NCBI GenBank assembly: GCA_964558645.1
Contig: CAZLEV010000006.1
Span: forward strand, 64,001-128,000
Source of the DNA: an uncultured archaeon
Lineage (GTDB): Archaea; Asgardarchaeota; Thorarchaeia; Thorarchaeales; Thorarchaeaceae
Direction of reading: 5' to 3'
Length of the DNA: 64,000 bases
Shown here in pieces: positions 38,314-48,833 of the stretch; position 1 is the stretch's first letter, and each line of letters starts with the position of its first letter. Below the pieces are notes generated by a model that was not told the origin of the DNA, searched no databases, and worked only from the letters and a program-made list of their open reading frames with translations. Made by a program: the position numbers and the translations under genes.

Positions 38314-39300
38314 TTAGTATCCAAGATCGAGATCAACGATGTTTAACGGCTTCTCACCACGAATAAATCGTAGAAGATTCTTCCCTACGAATCTAATCTG
38401 GTCATGCATTATATGCTCCGAGTAAGCGGCCCTATGTGGGGAAACCACAATGTTATCTAGTTCATGAAAAGGGAAGTGCTTAGAGGGAAGAACACCTGAC
38501 CCACCCCACTCTCGAGGGTAATCCCACCAGACATCTAGAGCGGCACCACGTATTCGCTTCTCGTCTAGGGCATGAAAGAGTGATTCTTCATCAACGATGT
38601 GTGCTCTTGAAACGTTCACCAATACTGATGTCTTCTTCATCCACGACAGAAACTCATCATCCACCAGTCCGTGGGTTTCTTGAGTTAGAGGCAGGGCTAG
38701 AAACACAAAGTCTGAATCCGATACTGCCTGTGCTAGCTTTTCAGGGCCAAGCATCTTATCCACTAGATGTGCATGTGGCGAATGACCAGACCGTGTCACA
38801 GCTTCCAAGTGGACACTGAAGCATCGAAGGCGTTTCGCCAGTTCAGAACCTACACTTCCTAGCCCAACGATTAGCGCTCGCTTGTGTCGAATCTCGACAT
38901 TGGGACTGGGACCTCCCCAACCATATCTCCAGTTACCTCTGCGCAGCTCCCTGTCATTTACGATGATATTCTTTGCGACAGCAAGGAGAAGCATGAGTGC
39001 ATACTCTGCGACCTCTGCAGCATTGACATGAGAATTGCACACGAAAACGTCACCTCGTTCACGCACTGCATCAAGATCTATCTTGTCGATGCCGGCTCCA
39101 AACGCTTGTATCATCCTGAGTTGCTCAGCACGTTGTATGTACTCCCTTGGGACGCGACCTGAAGCGACAGCAATGGCATCAGGCCCCTTCTTGAGCATAT
39201 CCTCAGCCGTACGTTCGGATTGCACAATCTCAGCCTGTGACCCGATTGTGTCTCGAATCTGTTCTACTATGTCATCGCCATACGGGACCAATATCTTCAT
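38314..39300 (-). CDS. D-2-hydroxyacid dehydrogenase family protein
   Basis: GAGIDKID, GLGSVG, LPLTQETHGLV, NVSRA, ALDVW, SPHRA; start ATG 39300. Confidence 0.9.
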   Translation of the reverse strand: MKILVPYGDDIVEQIRDTIGSQAEIVQSERTAEDMLKKGPDAIAVASGRVPREYIQRAEQLRMIQAFGAGIDKIDLDAVRERGDVFVCNSHVNAAEVAEYALMLLLAVAKNIIVNDRELRRGNWRYGWGGPSPNVEIRHKRALIVGLGSVGSELAKRLRCFSVHLEAVTRSGHSPHAHLVDKMLGPEKLAQAVSDSDFVFLALPLTQETHGLVDDEFLSWMKKTSVLVNVSRAHIVDEESLFHALDEKRIRGAALDVWWDYPREWGGSGVLPSKHFPFHELDNIVVSPHRAAYSEHIMHDQIRFVGKNLLRFIRGEKPLNIVDLDLGY

Positions 39301-39388
39301 CGTGGAACTCTCCCAAACTCCTGAGAGATTAGCCAAGACCGGTGATAAATGACTACTAAGATGGGGCACAGAGCCGTTCCTCTCGCTG

Positions 39389-40870
39389 CTAGTACGATCT
39401 CGCCACATAGACGATGGCTTTAGCCGACTTCCCGCATACAACACAGACGCCGTCAGCCTTATCATCTACGTCAATTCGGGTGCCGAGGACATCTCCAGCG
39501 GTCTTGTCCTTTATCTCTTCGGCGCAGTGAAGACCATCCATATCGGTGCTGCAGAATTGGAGTCTTGCAATCTTGCCATCTTCCATTGCATCTTGAATCC
39601 CGCCAATTGTTTCTATATCCACAACAAGATTCTCGAATTTCGACTCGGCTTGAGAACGAAGCGTCTTATCAATCTCAGCACCAAGTTCTTCGGTGAAAGA
39701 TACTACTCTGTCCAAAGGAATGGTTTCTCGTTCAAGGAGGTCTCGCCGAAAGACAGCCACTTTCTTCTGCTTTACCTCCCTAGGACCCACTTCCATTCGT
39801 ATCGGAACCCCCTTCATCTCCCAGTAGTTGTATTTCCAGCCCGGTGTAGAATCATCATCGTCAAGATGAACGCGGATACCAGCGGCGGATAGAGTGCCCT
39901 CCAATTCTCTACAATAGTCCAGCACCTCGTCTATGTCATCACCTCTAAAGATGGGCACAATAACGACTTGGTAAGGGGCGAGCCGATAGGGCAGTCTAAG
40001 GCCCCGGTTGTCCCCATGAATCGAAATCATGGCGCCGTAAATTCGTGATATTGCAGGACCGTAACAGGTCTGCCAAGCATATACAGGCTCATTGTTCTCA
40101 TCCACATACTTCACGTCGAAAGCACGAGCGAAGTTGTCGCCCAAGTCGTGTGTGGATGGAAGCTGGATGACCTTTCCGTCAGGCATGAGTGTGTCTGCCG
40201 CATATGTATTCAGTCCACCAGGGAATTTGTCCCATTGGGTTCTCTTGAACACCATCACGGGGATTCCATAGTACTCTGTCACAACCTCCTTGGTGGTTTC
40301 GAGGTCTTCCATGACCTGTGCCTTTGCCTCTTCATGGGTCGCAAAGACATTATGAGACTCTATCCAGAGGAACTCTCTCCCTCTGAGAAACGGACGGGTA
40401 CTCTTTACCTCGGAACGAAAGACGCTGCATCGCTGATAGCGTTTCATGGGCAAGTCGCGCCAGCTTCGAACCCATAGGGAATACATCGGATATATTGCAG
40501 TCTCGCTGGTTGGCCTTAGGGCCAGCCGCTCCTCTAGTTCTTCCTGATCCCCGATTTCACTGATCCAAAATACCTGTGGGGTGAATCCTTCAACGTGGTC
40601 AGCCTCTCGTGTAAGATTGCTCTCAGGAATCACAGTGGGAAATATCATGGGTTGGTGACCTTTTCGATGGAGCACTGACTCGAGGAGGTCAAACATGATC
40701 TCCATCGAAATAACGCTCCAGGGCATGAAGGGTGTAAACCCTTTCACACCATACCTGATATCAGCCAGTTCCGCGGATTTGCAAATCTCTCCAAACCAGT
40801 TCGGGAAGTCTTCGGTCTTGTCGATGTCGAATATGACCTGTCTTGAGTCGTTCTTGTCATCATCGTTCAT
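39389..40870 (-). CDS. proS: Proline-tRNA ligase (archaeal/eukaryotic type)
   Basis: LALRPTSET, PFLRGREFLW, GWKYNYWEMKGVPIRMEVGPRE, C-terminal ARSY. Confidence 0.97.
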   Translation of the reverse strand: MNDDDKNDSRQVIFDIDKTEDFPNWFGEICKSAELADIRYGVKGFTPFMPWSVISMEIMFDLLESVLHRKGHQPMIFPTVIPESNLTREADHVEGFTPQVFWISEIGDQEELEERLALRPTSETAIYPMYSLWVRSWRDLPMKRYQRCSVFRSEVKSTRPFLRGREFLWIESHNVFATHEEAKAQVMEDLETTKEVVTEYYGIPVMVFKRTQWDKFPGGLNTYAADTLMPDGKVIQLPSTHDLGDNFARAFDVKYVDENNEPVYAWQTCYGPAISRIYGAMISIHGDNRGLRLPYRLAPYQVVIVPIFRGDDIDEVLDYCRELEGTLSAAGIRVHLDDDDSTPGWKYNYWEMKGVPIRMEVGPREVKQKKVAVFRRDLLERETIPLDRVVSFTEELGAEIDKTLRSQAESKFENLVVDIETIGGIQDAMEDGKIARLQFCSTDMDGLHCAEEIKDKTAGDVLGTRIDVDDKADGVCVVCGKSAKAIVYVARSY

Positions 40871-41023
40871 TCTATCATCCTCACAGATTTGCTAGAAGCG
40901 GAGAACAGACTGGAATACAGAAGGAGTCTATTGGAGGGGTGGAACGTATTCACCTTGTGTCATTGTGCATTCTCCAACTTGTGCATCGATATGTACGCCT
41001 TATAAACTGTAGCTTACTAGTAG

Positions 41024-41545
41024 TCATCGCTTTGTCGTGACCTCACCTACTTCTCGGATTCTTTCATCAAGTTTCCAGTCCTTGATCAGCTTGACAACAA
41101 CTGGTGGAACAAGATGCTCCCAATCACCGCCCTTTCGTATCACACTACGGATGTGGCTTCCGCTGTAGGTCTTTCGTTTGAGAAGATCGGTTTCGTCAAT
41201 TTCTATGCCTGCATCCTTGAAGAGGCTTCTTACAAGGGGATTGTGCGTGTATGCCAGATCGAAGGGTGGCACGTAACTCCTCAAGTGAGATACCCAGAGG
41301 GGATGGATGTGAATGTCTGAGAGAGGAATGATATCAATGCGGTCTAACGGAAGACTCTCAGCAATCAGGGCCCTCTTGATGAGGTGGACTCGTTCACCAC
41401 CACTGAATGGGTTGTCTGGCGTGTGCGAATACTGTGAGCTACCGATGACTATTATCAGGTCCTGTTCCTTATCGAGAATCTGAGTTATGGTATGGAGATG
41501 GCCCTTATGGATGGGTTGGAATCTCCCTATGAAGACAGATCGCAT
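41024..41545 (-). CDS. nadM: Nicotinamide-nucleotide adenylyltransferase
   Basis: IGRFQPIHKGH, GSSQYSHTPDNPFSGGER, SGSHIR. Confidence 0.93.
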   Translation of the reverse strand: MRSVFIGRFQPIHKGHLHTITQILDKEQDLIIVIGSSQYSHTPDNPFSGGERVHLIKRALIAESLPLDRIDIIPLSDIHIHPLWVSHLRSYVPPFDLAYTHNPLVRSLFKDAGIEIDETDLLKRKTYSGSHIRSVIRKGGDWEHLVPPVVVKLIKDWKLDERIREVGEVTTKR

Positions 41546-41644
41546 ATTGACCACATAATGCTGAGGCTTGTACCACATAAGCATTCTGAAGCCATGTCTT
41601 AGTAATCCATGAAAGGGCTTAACTGTATCTCGACCGGTTTAATC

Positions 41645-42724
41645 ATGGATAGCACAATGATTGAGATTGATGGCTCGTATGGCGAAGGAGGCGGACAGAT
41701 TCTCCGTACCACTGTGGCACTGTCAGCTCTCACAATGAAACCTGTAAAGGTCACCAACATCAGGGCTGGGCGCAAGAATCCTGGACTTAGAAATCAGCAT
41801 ATTGCGGGTATTGAACTCACTGGTCAGATAGTCAACGCAGATACGGCGGGCCTTTCTGAGGGAAGCATGGAGATTCAGTTCAGACCTCGCGAGAGAAAGG
41901 GAGGAAGATTCACATATGATATAGGCACTGCGGGATCTATCTCACTGGTTCTGCAGGCCGTCATCCCGGCAGCGGTATTTGCCCCTGAACCAGTCGAATT
42001 TGAGATACGGGGCGGTACAGATGTGGCATGGAGTCCACCCATTGATTATATGAAGAACGTATTCGTTCCGATGGTCGAACATTTTGGTGTTAACCTTTCA
42101 ATTGAGGTAATACGCAGAGGGCATTATCCGAAAGGTGGAGGTCTTGTGAGATGTCAGGTGGAGCCAACAACCGAGATAGTATCAGAAGACATGATAGAAT
42201 TCGGCGAACTACATAGGATTGTGGGGATATCGCATTGTGTCAGGTTGCCGCGTCATGTTGCTGAGAAACAATCCAAGACTGCGGAAACTAGCTTACGACA
42301 GAAGGGGGTATCAGACATTGATATTGAAATCGAGAGTTACACGAAGGATGAAGATCCTCATCTTGGCCCGGGCTCCGGTATAGTGATCTGGGCTGAATCT
42401 AAGGATGGCGTCCGAATTGGCAGTGACAGTCTTGGGGCTCGTGGAAAACCCGCCGAGAAAGTGGGAAGAGAGGCGGCGGATCGTCTCATCGATGGGCTCT
42501 CAACAGGGATGGCAGTGGATTCCAATCTCGGAGATATGCTCGTCCCCTACATGGCACTCAGCAGTGACGAAACGCAGATAGGGCTTGCAGAAATCACAGG
42601 ACATCTGAAGACGAATGTGTGGGTTGTTGAGAGGATTCTTGGCTGTTCTACAAGATTGGAGGGAAAACTAGGTCGTAGCGGCATTCTCTCAGTTACCGGA
42701 ACCGGACCACTTCTCTCTGAGTGA
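41645..42724 (+). CDS. rtcA: RNA 3'-terminal phosphate cyclase
   Basis: IDGSYGEGGGQILRT, PGLRNQH, GGTDV..SP, RRGHYPKGGG, catalytic His in GHLKTN. Confidence 0.95.
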   Translation: MDSTMIEIDGSYGEGGGQILRTTVALSALTMKPVKVTNIRAGRKNPGLRNQHIAGIELTGQIVNADTAGLSEGSMEIQFRPRERKGGRFTYDIGTAGSISLVLQAVIPAAVFAPEPVEFEIRGGTDVAWSPPIDYMKNVFVPMVEHFGVNLSIEVIRRGHYPKGGGLVRCQVEPTTEIVSEDMIEFGELHRIVGISHCVRLPRHVAEKQSKTAETSLRQKGVSDIDIEIESYTKDEDPHLGPGSGIVIWAESKDGVRIGSDSLGARGKPAEKVGREAADRLIDGLSTGMAVDSNLGDMLVPYMALSSDETQIGLAEITGHLKTNVWVVERILGCSTRLEGKLGRSGILSVTGTGPLLSE

Positions 42725-43792
42725 TTCCAGATACTCGTCAATGGCCTGCTGCATAGGCTCAACATCAATCTCATCAAGTGCAGTCTTCATCAGTGTTTCA
42801 ACGCCTCTTCCTTCGGTTGCGACAATCTCGATTGCGCCAGGTAGCTTCTGCCTTGCAATCTCTAGTCTATCAGGAGGGGTAATGTCAACTTTATTGAAGG
42901 CGACGATGATGGGGCTCAAAGGAAACATTCTCCGAACCTCATTGTATAGGTTGATCTGTGCGTCAATAGACCAGCCACAGGCCTCAGACGGGTCTAAGAG
43001 AAATAGTATCACTTGAGCGAGATATTTCAGGGCGGCAATTGCCTCCCTTTCGATCTCGTTTCGATCTGACATGGGGCGATCCAGTATTCCCGGAGTATCA
43101 ACCACCTGTATCTGATGTCCCTCCATGGTCAGATGACCTACAATCACCTCTTTGGTCGTGAATGGGTAGTAAGCAACCTCAGGAGTGGCTGTAGAAACAC
43201 CTCGAACGAGTGTTGACTTTCCCACATTCGGGAATCCCGCACACACCAAAGTGGGAGAGAGAGGGCTGACCCCAGGTAGCCGGGCGAGTTTTCTCTTGGC
43301 ATCAATGATGAAGTCCAAGTTTTCTGCAGTTCCTCGCACTATGGATGCGATTCGCCCTTTTGCCGCACTTCGGAGACGTTTCATCTTTCGGGAGTCTTCA
43401 GCGAGTTTAAGAGCCTCGATATGATCATCAGCAATAGCATTGATGGGGGGAATACAGTTGTACACGGATCCAAGTGACTGCTTCAACTTGTCAGTACCCA
43501 CGATGATCTCTGCGAGTTCGCGGTAGAAGGGATGAAGCCTATCAAGAGAGGGAAACTCTTCTACGGCAATCTTAAGTTTGGTCTTTACTTGCTTCACGAA
43601 CTCCTGTACACGACCAATCTCTCGAATCTTAGCACGTTGTTCTCGTGTGATTCGGAGTGAGCTCTTCCTACTTATCTTCTTGGACTTTCTGTGGGCAAAC
43701 TCTATGATTTCATCTGCCTTCATCACTGTTGGCATACTGGCGAAAGGATTGAGTTTGCGCATTCTCATCACATCAGGAATGAGTGATTCCAT
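42689..43792 (-). CDS. NOG1-family GTPase
   Basis: LHPFYREL, GFPNVGKS, YPFTTK, DTPGILDRP..RNEIE, NKVD. Confidence 0.92.
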   Translation of the reverse strand: MESLIPDVMRMRKLNPFASMPTVMKADEIIEFAHRKSKKISRKSSLRITREQRAKIREIGRVQEFVKQVKTKLKIAVEEFPSLDRLHPFYRELAEIIVGTDKLKQSLGSVYNCIPPINAIADDHIEALKLAEDSRKMKRLRSAAKGRIASIVRGTAENLDFIIDAKRKLARLPGVSPLSPTLVCAGFPNVGKSTLVRGVSTATPEVAYYPFTTKEVIVGHLTMEGHQIQVVDTPGILDRPMSDRNEIEREAIAALKYLAQVILFLLDPSEACGWSIDAQINLYNEVRRMFPLSPIIVAFNKVDITPPDRLEIARQKLPGAIEIVATEGRGVETLMKTALDEIDVEPMQQAIDEYLESLREKWSGSGN

Positions 43793-43875
43793 ATATTGGT
43801 GTTAAGTAAACGTTTTAAAAAGGAATGGAACTGACCATAGCTAACCCGAATAAAGGCGTCGGAGGCCACAAACTA

Positions 43876-44469
43876 ATGTCACTCCCAACAGGTGCAACCG
43901 TAGTAGGAATCAAGTGTAAGGACGGCGTGGTGGTAGCTACTGATTCACTCATTAGCTGGGGAACGATGATTCTAACAGATAAGGGAATCAAGGCATTCAA
44001 GCTGACAGAAACCATCGTTCTGGCATCTGCTGGACTCACCTCAGACTACCAGATGCTAGTCAATCGGCTCAAGGCTCAGATAAAGCTGTATGAGCTGAGA
44101 GAGAAGAAGGACATGAGTGTGAAAGCACTGGCCAAGATGGTTGCAAACACTCTCTACGCGCGGAGATTCGCTCCTCTTTTCGTTCAGACTGTCATAGTTG
44201 GGGTTGATGATGACGGTCCTGCACTGTATTCACTAGACATGGGTGGGTCACTCCTCCCGGAAGATGTTACCGCAGCAGGGAGTGGAACCCAGATGGCATT
44301 CGGTGTTCTTGAGAAGATGTATGAGGAAGATCTGACTGTCAAGGATGCCGAGGATATTGCTGTAGAGGCGGTTCGAGCAGGGATTGCCCGTGATGCCCAG
44401 TCAGGCGGAAAGATTAACCTCATGATTGTGACTGAGAAGGGCGTCAAAGAGAAGAGCCTAGAACACTGA
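43876..44469 (+). CDS. psmB: Proteasome beta subunit, probably non-catalytic
   Basis: PTGATVVGIK..DGVVVATD, AGLTSD, GSG, RDAQSGG; GGAGG RBS before ATG 43876. Confidence 0.9.
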   Translation: MSLPTGATVVGIKCKDGVVVATDSLISWGTMILTDKGIKAFKLTETIVLASAGLTSDYQMLVNRLKAQIKLYELREKKDMSVKALAKMVANTLYARRFAPLFVQTVIVGVDDDGPALYSLDMGGSLLPEDVTAAGSGTQMAFGVLEKMYEEDLTVKDAEDIAVEAVRAGIARDAQSGGKINLMIVTEKGVKEKSLEH

Positions 44470-44485
44470 AGATTGTGTCCCAATA

Positions 44486-45733
44486 TTGCCAAGAAATAGC
44501 CTTATCTTTCGCTTTCATAGACATTCCAGATACAGTGCTGCGGCCCTGCTGGGGGCTGTTGAGGTAGACCCGCTACTGAATGAGTGGGATATCTATACCC
44601 CTGAAGGAGTTCCTGATTCTCTCGTCACCGATTGTATTGCAAGTGGAGAAACGGTCATAGCGCACTCAGTAATGAGCACCCAACTCAAGCGTATCAGAAG
44701 AGAGGTCAAATATATCAGACAGACCTTTGGAGACCGGGTGACCATTATTGGGGGCGGTCCTCACGCCAGTGCGAACCCTCGTAGCCTGCTTGACGAGGGT
44801 TTTGACTACGTTGTAGTTGGAGAGGGAGAAATGGCTTTTCCGAAGCTACTCTGGCACCTCGCTACCGACCGTGAGCCAGATTCAATAGCGGGGGTTGTTG
44901 GACCTGATTCGGAAACCTATCCTATCCCAAAAGATTTGGATCATATCGACTTGGACCAGTATCCCCCCTTCGCACTGAACATGAATGTCGTTGGCCCCAT
45001 TGAAGTCACAAGAGGGTGCCCATTTGGGTGCAAATTCTGTAGTACACCCTTCCTGTCTGGCGGGATTGTTCGCCATAGGTCAATCGAGGCTGTCAAGCAT
45101 TGGTTGACTCGGGCGGTAGACGAGAGGGGGTTTTCCAGAGCGTGGCTTCTGTCGCCAAACGCATTATCCTATGGGGGCAGAGGACGAAGTGTTGAAAGGA
45201 GAGAGCTTGAGCGCCTGCTAAGTGGGTGTACGTCCATCAACGGATTGGATGAGCTGTTCTTTGGGTCTTTTCCGTCCGAGGTGCGACCTGAGTTTGTTGA
45301 TAGACCAGTACTAGAAATGATGCGACAGTATGTTGCCAACGAAACATTACAGATAGGTCTGCAGTCGGGAAGCGATCGGGTACTTAGAATATCTAACCGC
45401 CATCATACTGTACAGCAGGGAGTAGATGCAGCACGGATTGCTCTCGATTGTGGGTTTCGTGCTCATGTTGACATCATATTCGGCCTACCAGGTGAGAGAA
45501 AGGAGGACTTGGACCTCAGCTTGAAGACCTATAACGAGCTGATTGACATGGGCGCCATGTTACACGGACATGTCTTCATGCCATTGCCCGGCAGTGCATT
45601 TGAGAATGAAGAACCGGGGGCGTTGGATGCAGAAACTAAAGGAATACTCGGCGAACTCTCTAGGAAGGGCTTGATGACCGGTTCATGGTGCAACCAAGAA
45701 CAGCTGGGTGAAGACCTGGCGATTGGACAATAA
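44486..45733 (+). CDS. B12-binding radical SAM protein (TIGR04013-like)
   Basis: GGGPHAS, VGEGE, EVTRGCPFGCKFC, FGSFPSEVRPE, QSGSD, FMPLPG. Confidence 0.88.
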   Translation: MPRNSLIFRFHRHSRYSAAALLGAVEVDPLLNEWDIYTPEGVPDSLVTDCIASGETVIAHSVMSTQLKRIRREVKYIRQTFGDRVTIIGGGPHASANPRSLLDEGFDYVVVGEGEMAFPKLLWHLATDREPDSIAGVVGPDSETYPIPKDLDHIDLDQYPPFALNMNVVGPIEVTRGCPFGCKFCSTPFLSGGIVRHRSIEAVKHWLTRAVDERGFSRAWLLSPNALSYGGRGRSVERRELERLLSGCTSINGLDELFFGSFPSEVRPEFVDRPVLEMMRQYVANETLQIGLQSGSDRVLRISNRHHTVQQGVDAARIALDCGFRAHVDIIFGLPGERKEDLDLSLKTYNELIDMGAMLHGHVFMPLPGSAFENEEPGALDAETKGILGELSRKGLMTGSWCNQEQLGEDLAIGQ

Positions 45734-45806
45734 TGATTGTGCCAACTGGTAAATGCTGATAAACAAGCTTTGGAGAATCTTAACTGGTGTTCTATTGACT
45801 CGTGAT

Positions 45807-46766
45807 ATGCCCCCAGAACTCGAGGAGAGATTCCAAAGCCAAGGGTATCATCTGCTTGGCAAGAGAGGGGCATTCAAAGCTTGTCAATGGCAAAGAAAGA
45901 GCCTAATTGAAGGAAAGACCTGCTACAAGCAGAGATTCTATGGGATAGAATCGCATCGTTGCCTTCAGATGACACCCACGGTGGACAAATGCACCCAACA
46001 GTGCGAATTCTGTTGGAGAATCTTACCGGGCGACGTAGGGGTAGAATGGAACCAGACTGATGTGTACGCAGAAGATGTATTGCCTGCGGAAACTCTATTG
46101 GAGGAAACGCTCAAGGCCAACCTCATGTCATTGGGAGGCTATAATCCAGAAGCAGGTGCTGATGTGCTGGAGAAGAAATATCGCGAGGCCAGGAATCCAA
46201 AACATGTGGCTATTTCCTTGGCTGGCGAACCAACACTCTATCCTTTCCTCAGCGATTTCATTGAGGCTGTAAAGAAGAGGGGCATGACCTCGTTTCTGGT
46301 CACAAATGGTACACAACCCGACACCCTGAGAAGACTCACCCTTCCAACTCAGTTGTATGTCACCCTGGCTGCGCCCAATGAACGAATCTATAAGACGTTG
46401 TGCAGGCCATCGATGGTGGATGGCTGGAAGAGAATTCAGGAATCACAAGAGCTGTTGCCGACCCTACCATGCAGAACAGTGAATCGACTCACCATGGTTG
46501 AGAAATACAACATGACTGACGTGCGTTCATATGCAGAAACAATCCTAACAGGAGAGCCCGACTTCGTCGAGGTTAAAGGGTACATGTTCATTGGATCATC
46601 GCGAAACCGATTGCAAGCAGCCAATTCGCCCCCGCACAGATCAATACGGGCCTTCTCAGATAGATTAGAAGCAATAACAGGTTATCATGTAGTGGATGAA
46701 CAGGTAGAGAGTCGAGTCGTTCTCCTATCGCGAGAGGTCGACTATGATAGAATCAGTGGAGTATGA
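45807..46766 (+). CDS. taw1: 4-demethylwyosine synthase Taw1/TYW1
   Basis: CYKQRFYGIESHRCLQMTP, CTQQCEFCWR, AISLAGEPTLY, FVEVKGYM. Confidence 0.95.
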   Translation: MPPELEERFQSQGYHLLGKRGAFKACQWQRKSLIEGKTCYKQRFYGIESHRCLQMTPTVDKCTQQCEFCWRILPGDVGVEWNQTDVYAEDVLPAETLLEETLKANLMSLGGYNPEAGADVLEKKYREARNPKHVAISLAGEPTLYPFLSDFIEAVKKRGMTSFLVTNGTQPDTLRRLTLPTQLYVTLAAPNERIYKTLCRPSMVDGWKRIQESQELLPTLPCRTVNRLTMVEKYNMTDVRSYAETILTGEPDFVEVKGYMFIGSSRNRLQAANSPPHRSIRAFSDRLEAITGYHVVDEQVESRVVLLSREVDYDRISGV

Positions 46767-46772
46767 AGAAAC

Positions 46773-47414
46773 ATGGAGTTAGCAGATCAACTAGATGAAC
46801 TCAGAACAGAGATTGAGCATGATGACAGAGTCAGAGAGAGTATCATACCAATGGCACGAGAAGCAACTCGGAAATGTAGTGAGGCAGTAAAGGAAATACA
46901 TCGAGGTAATTATGATGCAGCTGAGGGTCTCGTGAAGCAAGCGCATTCGGTTCTGAAGAGCGCGGAGGAGAAGTGCGATGAGAGTGAGTTCATCTCTAAG
47001 AACAAGTACCTTGATACAGCTTATCAGGAACTCACGGAGGCGGCTAACCTCCTTTCGATACTCAAGAGTGGTGAGTACACACCGGGTTCCGAGTATGGAA
47101 TACTGACAAGGCCATATCTGACAGGTCTAGGAGATACCATCGGAGAGCTCCGAAGAGCAACTCTAGATGCATTGAGGCGCGAAGATGTCAGTCGAGCCGA
47201 GAATCTCCTCGGCTTCATGGAGGATATCTTAGAAGAGCTCAGTGGCTTCGATTTCCCCGACTCCTTGATTCCTGGTCTACGAAGGAAGGTTGACGTTGGG
47301 AGACGCATAATTGAAAAGACTCGTGGGGACGTCACCAATGCAGTACTGCAGCAGGGCCTGATGAAACAGCTCAGAGAGTTCGGAAGTAAGATACGAAGGA
47401 GGAGAGATGAGTAG
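46773..47414 (+). CDS. Translin/TRAX-family protein
   Basis: DRVRE..I..AR, AYQELTEA, YLTGLGDTIGELRR, LRRKVD. Confidence 0.85.
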   Translation: MELADQLDELRTEIEHDDRVRESIIPMAREATRKCSEAVKEIHRGNYDAAEGLVKQAHSVLKSAEEKCDESEFISKNKYLDTAYQELTEAANLLSILKSGEYTPGSEYGILTRPYLTGLGDTIGELRRATLDALRREDVSRAENLLGFMEDILEELSGFDFPDSLIPGLRRKVDVGRRIIEKTRGDVTNAVLQQGLMKQLREFGSKIRRRRDE

Positions 47415-47416
47415 GG

Positions 47417-48097
47417 TTGACAACACCAGAGATCTGGTTTACGCTTTACGAGCTTGCAAAGCGAGGAGCTGTGCATAGATACTGCGAGATAACAACGGGT
47501 GAACTTGGGGATGCTCTTGATGTGAGTCAGCAGACTGCCTCAAGGAGAATACGAGACTCTGTGGAAGGAGGATTTGTTCAGAGAGTTCACACAGCAAGCG
47601 GCATGATGCTGAAGCTGACTGAGCAGGGTAAGAGTGAGCTAGTGAACGTTCTCAATGACCTTGAGGTCTCACTAGCCCCACCTAGTGACGAGATCGAGTT
47701 TGTGGGGATGGCCGTCAGTGGTATTGGAGAAGGAGCGTATTATGTGGATGCCTATTCGAATCGTTTCAAGGAGGCTCTGGGCTTTGAGCCATTCTCGGGG
47801 ACTCTGAATGTCAAGGTGTCAGATGAACAATCACACGCAGCAGTCAAGAAAATGAAACACAGTCCCCCCATCATTGTGCCCGGATTCAGCAAGGAAGATA
47901 GAACATTTGGTGATGTGATCTGTTATCGCGTCAGAATAAACGAGAAGGTGGAGGGGGCTATAGTGATTGCACAGAGAACACATCATAGTAAGGACATACT
48001 CGAAGTGATTGCGCCATTCAACCTGAGAGAGAAGCTCGGTATCAAGGACAATGACAGGGTGAGATTGAGGGTGATTCCGCTCCATCTTGCAACCTGA
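47417..48097 (+). CDS. ribK: CTP-dependent riboflavin kinase with N-terminal wHTH
   Basis: SQQTASRR HTH; SGIGEGAYY, GFEPFSGTLN, RTHH..LEVIAP.NLRE. Confidence 0.92.
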   Translation: MTTPEIWFTLYELAKRGAVHRYCEITTGELGDALDVSQQTASRRIRDSVEGGFVQRVHTASGMMLKLTEQGKSELVNVLNDLEVSLAPPSDEIEFVGMAVSGIGEGAYYVDAYSNRFKEALGFEPFSGTLNVKVSDEQSHAAVKKMKHSPPIIVPGFSKEDRTFGDVICYRVRINEKVEGAIVIAQRTHHSKDILEVIAPFNLREKLGIKDNDRVRLRVIPLHLAT

Positions 48098-48098
48098 A

Positions 48099-48773
48099 TC
48101 AATGACCGTAATCACCAGTCATTGGTACAAAGGCCACACCGCCCCAACGCTTCTTTGAGATGCTCAAGTCGTCGTTCTTATGCACGATCATGAGGTCTTG
48201 GAAGAATCCCCTTGCTCCAACTGGAATCAGCATTGTTCCGCCGGGTACGAGCTGGTCTACGAGTGGTTGAGGAACATCGGGCGCAGCTGCAGCAACTAAG
48301 ATGCGATCAAAAGGAGCGTATTCCGGAAGACCCTTCCCGCCATCCCCATGAATCATAGAAACCCTGTCCGAATATCCGGTCTTCTCGAGATTCTTCTTTG
48401 CAGATTCAACGAGTGCTTTTACGATTTCAATCGTGTACACGTGCCCAGGATTTTTGCTGCCTGCAGGAGCCACAATCTCGGCACAGAGCGCTGCATGATA
48501 TCCTGAACCTCCTCCGACATCTAAGACTGACAGCCCCTCAGATAGTTCAAGAAACTCGCACATGATGGCACACATATGAGGGGCAGAGATCGTCTGGCCG
48601 TGCGCAATTGACAGAGGTGTGTCTCTATAGGCGTAACGTCTGACCTCTGGAGGGAGGAACTCTTCGCGAGGGACCTGCCTCATGGCCCGTTCCACTTCCT
48701 CACTCTTTATGTATCCGGAGGCCTTAAGGCGTTGAATCAGTCGTTCGCGTTCCCTATTGATAGAGTCGTTCAT
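48099..48773 (-). CDS. pcm: Protein-L-isoaspartate O-methyltransferase
   Basis: VPREEF, GQTISAPHM, LDVGGGSGYHAA, APFDRI.VAAA, VAFVPM. Confidence 0.95.
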   Translation of the reverse strand: MNDSINRERERLIQRLKASGYIKSEEVERAMRQVPREEFLPPEVRRYAYRDTPLSIAHGQTISAPHMCAIMCEFLELSEGLSVLDVGGGSGYHAALCAEIVAPAGSKNPGHVYTIEIVKALVESAKKNLEKTGYSDRVSMIHGDGGKGLPEYAPFDRILVAAAAPDVPQPLVDQLVPGGTMLIPVGARGFFQDLMIVHKNDDLSISKKRWGGVAFVPMTGDYGH

Positions 48774-48833
48774 ATCAATTCTGTAAGAAGTAGGATGTGC
48801 ATTGATAAAAGACTTGGCGGTCAGGAAAACCAG

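Noticed and set aside
41645-42724. Possible inactive RtcA (DSNL instead of DxHL)
   Set aside because: The adenylated His lies in the HLxTN motif, which is intact (GHLKTN).
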